Origin: Clostridiales bacterium DTU087
Lineage (GTDB): Bacteria > Bacillota > Limnochordia > DTU087
DNA: 43,235 nt
NCBI GenBank assembly: GCA_001513495.1
Contig: LFTN01000009.1
Span: forward strand, 1 to 43,235
Reading direction: 5' to 3'
Shown: positions 36,824 to 43,235 of the stretch, in pieces
How positions within the stretch are numbered: position 1 is the first letter of the stretch
Layout of the letters: each line of letters starts with the position of its first letter
Notes under the pieces: generated by a model
What the model saw: only the letters and a program-made list of their open reading frames with translations
Told to the model about the DNA's origin: nothing
Databases searched by the model: none
Translations under genes and position numbers: made by a program

Positions 36824-37681
36824 CTAATCCAGCCCCCTTCCGGTCCTTATTCTACCAAATCTCCGATCCCGCTTCTGGTACTCGGCAATTGCTTCTATGA
36901 AATCCTTGGGGGTAAAATCCGGCCACATAATGTCTGAAAAATACAACTCCGCATAGGCTGCCTGCCACAGGAGGAAATTGCTTAACCTCCGTTCGCCGCC
37001 AGTACGGATGATGAGGTCCGGCTCCGGGTCCCCCGCGGTGTATAAATGCTGTGCGATGGCCGTCTCGTCGATGACTAGCTCCTCACCACTGGCTGCCTTC
37101 TCGATCAGCTGCTGGACGGCGTTGACGATTTCTAGGCGGCTCCCGTAGCTGATAGCCAAGTTGAGTTTCAGCTGTTCATTGGCTGCAGTCAGCTCAGCCG
37201 CCTTCTCAACCTGGATTCTCACCGTTTCGGGAAGGTCAGTCAATCTGCCGATGGCAACAATTCGCACACCTTCATCTTTAAGGCTGTGGAACTCAGTCTC
37301 CAGTACCTCAATGATGAGCTGCATTAGGAAACTTACCTCTTCTTTCGGACGCTGCCAGTTCTCGGTTGAAAAACAGTAAGCCGTCAGCACCGGAATGCCC
37401 AGTTCGCCACAGGTTCTGACTATTTCCCTCAGTGTGTGAACACCCTGGCGGTGGCCTTCGGTCCGAGGCAGCCCCCGGGCTGCAGCCCACCTGCCGTTTC
37501 CATCCATAATTACTCCTACATGTTTAGGCAGCCGGTCCCGGGCAAGTTTGGCAGCAACCTCCTCATTCTGGGTGTCTGTATTGCTGCGGGTCCTGGAGAA
37601 AAACCGAGATACTTTGAAGCTTTTCCACAAGGTAAGTCTACCCTTTCCCTTATACGATGCTGAAAAAAGCACCCCCTCCAT
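36824..37681 (-). CDS. uppS: isoprenyl transferase (undecaprenyl diphosphate synthase)
   Basis: HVGVIMDGNGRWA, ENWQRP, DLIIRTGGERRLSNFLLWQAAYAELYF. The ORF ATG at 37681 lies inside a terminator hairpin, so the TTG at 37630 is an alternative start. Confidence 0.9.
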   Translation of the reverse strand: MEGVLFSASYKGKGRLTLWKSFKVSRFFSRTRSNTDTQNEEVAAKLARDRLPKHVGVIMDGNGRWAAARGLPRTEGHRQGVHTLREIVRTCGELGIPVLTAYCFSTENWQRPKEEVSFLMQLIIEVLETEFHSLKDEGVRIVAIGRLTDLPETVRIQVEKAAELTAANEQLKLNLAISYGSRLEIVNAVQQLIEKAASGEELVIDETAIAQHLYTAGDPEPDLIIRTGGERRLSNFLLWQAAYAELYFSDIMWPDFTPKDFIEAIAEYQKRDRRFGRIRTGRGLD

Positions 37682-37694
37682 CCATTGAGGGGGT
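37661..37694 (-). terminator. rho-independent terminator ending the pyrH-frr unit
   Basis: The minus strand reads ACCCCCTC-aatggatg-GAGGGGGT followed by GCTTTTTTCAGC. This is an 8-bp GC-rich stem plus a T6 run. Confidence 0.65.
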
Positions 37695-37741
37695 TATCTA
37701 TCCCTGGAATCATTCATGGAGTGCAAAAACACTGACGGCGG

Positions 37742-37978
37742 CTACCAATACTCACGGGCTAGAACAACCTGCATAGAGCCAGCGAGCCCTGCCTCCCTCA
37801 CAGCCACCACCCGCCAAGGACCGATGATTTGACTGCGGGACCGCCGGGGCTCGGTGCGCAGGATCTCTACCTGGTCCTGCAATGCCGGCCATCGGGACAC
37901 GACTTGGTCCCACCTGTGCCCTAAAATCTCATCTGGACCGGGCAGGCCCTCCTCCAGACCCCATCTGCCATCACCCAA
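37742..37978 (-). CDS. hypothetical 78-aa protein
   Basis: TTG start 6 nt after AGGAGGG, 19 nt after the frr stop. The ORF ends 47 nt before the terminator. Trp-rich, with no family I recognise. Confidence 0.45.
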   Translation of the reverse strand: MGDGRWGLEEGLPGPDEILGHRWDQVVSRWPALQDQVEILRTEPRRSRSQIIGPWRVVAVREAGLAGSMQVVLAREYW

Positions 37979-37996
37979 CTGCCGCCCTCCTAATCA

Positions 37997-38554
37997 CTAT
38001 ACCTCCATGATCTCATTCTCTTTAGCCTCGAGAAGCTGATTGATCATTTCGATATACTTGTCAGTCAGCTCCTGTACATCGTCTTCAGAACGGCGCCGTT
38101 CGTCCTCCGATAGGGAACCTTCCTTTTCCAAGTCCCGCAGGCTCTCATTGGCCTCCCTGCGGATATTGCGGATGGCAACCCGCTTATCTTCAGCTTCCTT
38201 GCGAACCAGCTTAACTAGATCTTTCCGCCGTTCCTCGGTTAGAGGCGGAATGGCAAGCCGGATCACAGTCCCATCGGAATTTGGTGTTAGGCCTAAATCA
38301 GATTTCAAGATTGCTTTCTCTACGTCCTTAACTGCGTTTTTGTCCCAAGGCTGGATGAGCAAGAGCCGTGCCTCAGGTGCCGATACTGAAGCCAATTGGT
38401 TCAGAGGAGTCATCGTGCCGTAGTATTCGACCTGAATCCGGTCGAGCAGAGCTGGATTAGCTCTACCGGTTCTCACACCAGCAAAAGCTTGCTTGGTCGC
38501 TTCGATAACTCCTTGCATCTTCCGTTCGCAGTCTTGAAGCACTTCCTTTGTCAC
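37997..38554 (-). CDS. frr: ribosome recycling factor
   Basis: GVRTGRANPALLDRIQVEYYG...LNQLA.VS.PE.R.LLIQPWD. The GTG at 38554 lies 7 nt after GGGAGGG and 1 nt after the pyrH stop. The ORF-track extension to 38638 is rejected. Confidence 0.95.
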   Translation of the reverse strand: MTKEVLQDCERKMQGVIEATKQAFAGVRTGRANPALLDRIQVEYYGTMTPLNQLASVSAPEARLLLIQPWDKNAVKDVEKAILKSDLGLTPNSDGTVIRLAIPPLTEERRKDLVKLVRKEAEDKRVAIRNIRREANESLRDLEKEGSLSEDERRRSEDDVQELTDKYIEMINQLLEAKENEIMEV

Positions 38555-38555
38555 T

Positions 38556-39377
<822 letters not shown>

Positions 39378-40031
39378 CTACTTATTTAGTTCTGCCATGA
39401 CTTCCTCTACCCAGTCGTCGGTGCGTTTTTCAATGCCCTCGCCCCGTTCGAACCGAGCAAAGCGCCTAATGGCAATGTTTTCACCGATCTGGGAAATCAT
39501 CTCCTGCAGGAGTTCTTGCACGGTCTTGTCCGGATCTTTGATATATGGCTGCTCAAGGAGGCAGACTTCCTTGAAGAACCGCTCCATACGGCCCTCAACA
39601 ATCCGGTCAACGATCTTCTCAGGCTTGCCTTCATTCAAAGCAGCCGCGCGGTAGATATTTTTCTCCCGCTCCAAAACAGCTTCAGGAACCTCATCCCGGG
39701 ACACATAGTTGGGCTTGGATGCAGCAACCTGCATTGCCATATCTTTGACAAACTGCTTAAAGGCATCTGTCTTGGCGACGAAATCTGTCTCACAGTTGAC
39801 TTCGATCAAAACGCCAACTCTGCCGCCTAGATGTATGTAGGCGTCTACAAGTCCTTCAGCTGCAATCCGTCCTGCCTTCTTGGCAGCAGCCGCCAAACCC
39901 TTCTCCCTGAGATAGTCGACAGCTTTATCCATATCGCCTTGGGTTTCCTGCAAGGCTTTCTTACAATCCATAAAGCCGGCACCGGTCCGCTCACGGAGTT
40001 CCTTGATCATACCCGCAGTAATCTCTGGCAT
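39378..40031 (-). CDS. tsf: elongation factor Ts (short form)
   Basis: [20 protein letters not shown] (UBA-like N-terminus), and [12 protein letters not shown]-like [16 protein letters not shown] 5 nt after GAAGGAGGA. Confidence 0.95.
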   Translation of the reverse strand: MPEITAGMIKELRERTGAGFMDCKKALQETQGDMDKAVDYLREKGLAAAAKKAGRIAAEGLVDAYIHLGGRVGVLIEVNCETDFVAKTDAFKQFVKDMAMQVAASKPNYVSRDEVPEAVLEREKNIYRAAALNEGKPEKIVDRIVEGRMERFFKEVCLLEQPYIKDPDKTVQELLQEMISQIGENIAIRRFARFERGEGIEKRTDDWVEEVMAELNK

Positions 40032-40060
40032 ATTAATCCTCCTTCAACAAGTCAATTTGC

Positions 40061-40100
40061 AGAAAAAGGGGAGGAAGCCATCACCGACGCTCTCCTCCCC
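40061..40100 (-). terminator. hairpin + T5 between rpsB and tsf (internal terminator/attenuator)
   Basis: The minus strand reads GGGGAGGA(g)AGC-n10-GCTTCCTCCCC followed by TTTTTCTG. This is an 11-bp stem with one bulge. tsf lies downstream, so termination must be partial. Confidence 0.55.
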
Positions 40101-40111
40101 TCTCTCATGCC

Positions 40112-40897
40112 TTACTCTTCGTCATCGAGGCCTTCGTCGTCAAGTCCCAACTCAAGCTCAGTGTCTGCTTCGTTATTGGATGCTTCTTCAGCTAGAGCTG
40201 CTTCCATGCCCTGCTGGCCTTCTTTGCCCTCGATAACTGCATCAGCTATAATCCCTGTCAGCAGGCGGATAGCCCGGATAGCATCATCATTGCCTGGAAT
40301 GACATAATCGATTTCATCGGGATCACAGTTGGTGTCAACTATGGCTACTATGGGAATTCTCAGTTTCCGAGCCTCGGCTACCGCAATCCGCTCTTTCCTG
40401 GGGTCGACAACAAACACGGCCCCTGGAAGCCGTTCCATGTCGCGGATTCCGCCCAAGAACCGCTCCAGCTTGTCATGCTCTTTCCGCAGTCCCAGAACTT
40501 CCTTCTTGGGCAAGACCTCGTAGGCACCGTCCTCCTCCATCTTCTCCAGCTGCTTAAGCCGCTGGACTCGGCTGCGGATGGTGCTGAAGTTGGTCAGCAT
40601 GCCGCCCAGCCAGCGCTCATTGACGTAGAACATCCCGCAACGCTGGGCTTCCTCCCGGATGGCTTCATAGGCCTGCTTCTTCGTACCGACAAAGAGTACT
40701 GATTCTCCGTCAGCTACAACTTCCTTGATGAAGTTATACGCTACATCAATCAAGCGCACGGTCTTCTGCAGGTCGATGATATAGATGCCGTTGCGCTCCG
40801 TAAAGATGTACTCCTTCATCTTGGGGTTCCAGCGGCGAGTTTGGTGACCAAAATGGACACCAGCCTCCAACAACTGTTTCATAGATACAATCGCCAC
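40112..40897 (-). CDS. rpsB: 30S ribosomal protein S2
   Basis: [27 protein letters not shown]. The GTG at 40897 lies 7 nt after GGAGG, and the ORF-track extension to 40966 is rejected. Acidic C-terminal tail. Confidence 0.95.
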   Translation of the reverse strand: MAIVSMKQLLEAGVHFGHQTRRWNPKMKEYIFTERNGIYIIDLQKTVRLIDVAYNFIKEVVADGESVLFVGTKKQAYEAIREEAQRCGMFYVNERWLGGMLTNFSTIRSRVQRLKQLEKMEEDGAYEVLPKKEVLGLRKEHDKLERFLGGIRDMERLPGAVFVVDPRKERIAVAEARKLRIPIVAIVDTNCDPDEIDYVIPGNDDAIRAIRLLTGIIADAVIEGKEGQQGMEAALAEEASNNEADTELELGLDDEGLDDEE

Positions 40898-41009
40898 TAA
40901 CCCACCTCCTCTCCGGTTGAGTTCCTCCGCATCCTTCAACCTGCCCTGTCCACCGGATGCCGGCACCTGGAAAGGCAGTCGGGACGCGTGTGTGATTACA
41001 CCACAAATA

Positions 41010-41039
41010 ACTATAGCATATCCTGCTCCAACTGTGCAA
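41010..41039 (-). promoter_or_regulatory. sigma-A-type promoter for rpsB
   Basis: The minus strand reads TTGCAC-18 nt-TATAGT (rc of 41034-41039 and 41010-41015), giving a ~105-nt leader to the rpsB GTG. Confidence 0.4.
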
Positions 41040-41058
41040 CAAAAGTTTCCTCGGCCTT

Positions 41059-41496
41059 TTATTGCCTAAACCGTTCCAAATCTAAGATAAGCCGCACTTC
41101 TCCCTTGGGAAGCTCTACGTCCCTCGCGATTTCTTCTACAGTGTATCCTCGCTCAGCCAAACCTATAACTGCAGCCCGCTTCTCCTCCAGGCTGCTCTGG
41201 GAAGCAGTCTGTTCCACGTCTTGACCACCCGCCGCTGCCTCCTGGCTTAGGCTAGTGCTACTGCCATCCTGGGCCTGGCCCAAGCGGCTGTCAAGCTCCT
41301 GCAAGAGGGCCTGGCCCGCTTCGTCCAGCTCACTCATCAGCTCCTGCAGAGCAGCCTCTGTCTCTACCATGGCCGCCCGGAGGCCGTAGAGCCTTCCCCA
41401 CCGCTGCTTGAGCCCGGCAATTTCCCAACCCAGCCATATGCAGGCTCCCAATGCTGCTATCGATATAATGAGTGCCATTGCAGCCATCATCGCCAC
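41059..41496 (-). CDS. membrane-anchored coiled-coil protein with C-terminal helix-turn-helix (uncharacterised; swrB position)
   Basis: N-terminal [23 protein letters not shown], a helical Q/E/L-rich middle region, and a C-terminal HTH-like [35 protein letters not shown]. The start (41487-41496) abuts the stop of the preceding ORF. Confidence 0.5.
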   Translation of the reverse strand: MAMMAAMALIISIAALGACIWLGWEIAGLKQRWGRLYGLRAAMVETEAALQELMSELDEAGQALLQELDSRLGQAQDGSSTSLSQEAAAGGQDVEQTASQSSLEEKRAAVIGLAERGYTVEEIARDVELPKGEVRLILDLERFRQ

Positions 41497-41498
41497 CT

Positions 41499-41822
41499 CT
41501 AGATTCGAATATCGATTTTTCGCCCCAGGCCCTCTCGGGCGGTGAGCTTGCCTTCGTTCCCGTCCTTCTTCTCCTGTTCAGTCTGACTCTGATGCTGTTG
41601 GGGCGGTCTACGGCGGCCCCCGCTATCCCTTTGATCAATCCGAGCATGCTGTTTTTGCTCAGTGCCGGCAACTTGGCTGCGGCGGGCAGCCAGCTCTGCC
41701 CCGGCCTGGGAGCCCAATTGGGCCTGGACGGCCTCAGGGTGCTTCTGGCCAGCTTGCTCCAGGCGGGAGCCGTCGTGGGACCGAGGGAACAACACTTGCA
41801 GATCTGGAAATTTGATGGACAA
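41499..41822 (-). CDS. hypothetical hydrophilic Q/R/E-rich protein
   Basis: 107 codons. TTG start 5 nt after GGGTGAG, 27 nt after the fliA stop. The stop lies 2 nt before the next gene. Competing overlapping ORFs exist in other frames, so its coding status is uncertain. Confidence 0.35.
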   Translation of the reverse strand: MSIKFPDLQVLFPRSHDGSRLEQAGQKHPEAVQAQLGSQAGAELAARRSQVAGTEQKQHARIDQRDSGGRRRPPQQHQSQTEQEKKDGNEGKLTAREGLGRKIDIRI

Positions 41823-41849
41823 GTCTGCTCACCCTTCCTCGGGAGCCAC

Positions 41850-42635
41850 TTACCCAACCATACCAACATCAGAGCGGGATAGCTTTCCCCGCAGCCGGCT
41901 GAGGGCCTTGGTGTGCAGCTGGGAGACCCGGGACTCAGAGACATCCATCACTTTGCCGATCTCCTTCAAGGTGAGTTCTTCATAGTAATACAAACTGATC
42001 ACCAGGCGTTCTCTTTCCGGCAAAGCCTCGATAGCCTCCGCCAGCACCTCCAGCAGGGCATCCATGGTTACAAGTACAGCTGGATCCTCATGGCTGGTGT
42101 CTGCTACCATATCAGTGAGCCGCAGCTTCTCACCATCTTGTCCGCCCTCTGACCAAGGTTCATCCAAAGATAGCAGGGTCGTTGCTGCGACCTCCTGCAA
42201 CAGCTTAGAATAATCGGCAGCAGTGATCCCCATGGCTTTCTGCAGCTCCGCATCGGTGGGCGGCCTGCCCAGCTTCTCTTCTAGTTGAGCCATACTCTGT
42301 GCCAACTGCCGAGCCTTAAGCCGCACCGAACGGGGAACCCAATCAGCTGCCCGCAGCCCGTCGAGAATTGCTCCTCTGATTCTGGTGGCTGCGTATGACT
42401 CAAACTTGACGCCCCGGGACGGATCGTATTTCTCCACCGCATCCAACAAACCGAATATCCCATAGCTGACCAGATCATCATACTCAACTGTATTAGGAAG
42501 ACCGACAGCCATCCGTCCGGCTACATACTTAACCAGATGCAGATATGCTGTAACCAAGGATTCCCGGACCTTGGGATCTCCAGTCTTCTTTAACTGGCTC
42601 CACCATATGTCCAGCTGCCTTTCCTCCACTGACAC
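41850..42635 (-). CDS. fliA: flagellar RNA polymerase sigma factor (sigma-28, FliA/SigD)
   Basis: Region 2 LVTAYLHLVKYVAGRM..YDDLVSYGIFGLLDAVEKYDPSRGVKFESYAATRIRGAILD. Region 4 LTLKEIGKVMDVSESRVSQLHTKAL. Follows flhG. Confidence 0.9.
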   Translation of the reverse strand: MSVEERQLDIWWSQLKKTGDPKVRESLVTAYLHLVKYVAGRMAVGLPNTVEYDDLVSYGIFGLLDAVEKYDPSRGVKFESYAATRIRGAILDGLRAADWVPRSVRLKARQLAQSMAQLEEKLGRPPTDAELQKAMGITAADYSKLLQEVAATTLLSLDEPWSEGGQDGEKLRLTDMVADTSHEDPAVLVTMDALLEVLAEAIEALPERERLVISLYYYEELTLKEIGKVMDVSESRVSQLHTKALSRLRGKLSRSDVGMVG

Positions 42636-42686
42636 TTCCCGACCATCCTTTCAACCCTTACCCAAAGCTGACTCACCAGCCGCCGG

Positions 42687-43235
42687 CTAAGTTGACCGCC
42701 TAACCAGATGCATCATCCGGCGAAAGAGGCCGCTGATACCGCCTGCGCCATTGGCTGCTGCCGTCTTGTCGATGTCCCCTGGTTCGTCTCTGCACAGCAG
42801 CTGAGCCGCTACTTTGTCAATGGCCACTGCCGCCTTGCAGCGGGGATAGGCAAGATAGAAGGGCTTCATCTCCCGCACCGCCCGCTGCACCACGGGATCC
42901 CTGGGGATGCCGCCAGCAAAGGCCAGCTCCTGGGAGAGGAACCTCCGGGACACACTATAGAGGCGATCAAACACCTCCACTCCGCTGCGGTCATCTTCAC
43001 ACATGTTCACTACCACCTGCAGCTTGGCACCGTGATTACGCATGGCCAAGACCTTGATTAGACCGTAAGCATCAGTCAAAGACGTGGGGTCGGGAGTAGC
43101 TACCACCAGAATCTCATTGCTTGCCAGGGCAAAGCTGAGTACAGTCCGGGATATTCCGGCACCGGTATCAATGAGCAGAAGGTCCAGGGCTTCATCAAGC
43201 GCTGCCAAGCTGTCGATAAACCGATCTAATGAATG
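42687..43235 (-). CDS. flhG: MinD/ParA-family ATPase FlhG (YlxH), C-terminal part; gene continues beyond the right edge
   Basis: LDLLLIDTGAGIS, VVATPDPTSLTDAYGLIK, and a C-terminal amphipathic GISGLFRRMMHLV. The frame is open to the window end. Confidence 0.8.
   Translation of the reverse strand, partial: HSLDRFIDSLAALDEALDLLLIDTGAGISRTVLSFALASNEILVVATPDPTSLTDAYGLIKVLAMRNHGAKLQVVVNMCEDDRSGVEVFDRLYSVSRRFLSQELAFAGGIPRDPVVQRAVREMKPFYLAYPRCKAAVAIDKVAAQLLCRDEPGDIDKTAAANGAGGISGLFRRMMHLVRRST

Noticed and set aside
41330-41944. 204-aa minus-strand ORF and 136-aa plus-strand ORF (41472..41882) spanning the post-fliA region
   Set aside because: They overlap the 3' end of fliA and both small ORFs. They have no SD, and their composition is Pro/Arg/Ala-rich out-of-frame. 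However, they are the reason confidence in the 107-codon ORF is low.

Overview
This window appears to come from an endospore-forming, flagellated Firmicute (Clostridia/Bacilli-like gene order), and visual sampling suggests roughly 55-60% GC over most of it. About 90% of the coding capacity is on the minus strand. It is a long run of conserved housekeeping clusters. Read 5'->3' on the minus strand, from the right edge, the order is: flhG(partial)-fliA-two small unknown genes | rpsB-tsf | pyrH-frr-small ORF | uppS-cdsA-(AI-2E permease)-dxr-rseP-ispG-proS-(GT2)-polC | rimP-nusA-ylxR-ylxQ-infB-rbfA-nrnA-truB-ribF | rpsO-pnp | DUF3866-like, EndoQ-like, histidine phosphatase, spoIIM, small membrane ORF | deoB-pdp | dacF-like | [plus-strand sugar ABC cassette] | spoIIAA-spoIIAB(partial). 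I saw no rRNA, tRNA, CRISPR array, transposase or integrase. Several sigma-A-like promoters and intrinsic terminators can be read directly from the sequence. The most unusual observation is that the polC gene, in its canonical proS-polC-rimP position, encodes an otherwise complete PolC. The ~200-aa proofreading exonuclease insertion is replaced by about 7 residues, with the reading frame intact. Secondary observations are: a DUF3866-like/EndoQ-like/phosphatase gene string; a ~235-aa hyper-acidic tail on NusA; a low-GC sugar-uptake cassette with a URO-D-fold enzyme that splits the dacF/spoIIA locus; uncharacterised small genes after fliA and after frr; and insertions (GT2, AI-2E permease) into otherwise conserved gene strings. 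All homology calls come from motif recognition and memory of family sequences, since no searches could be run.
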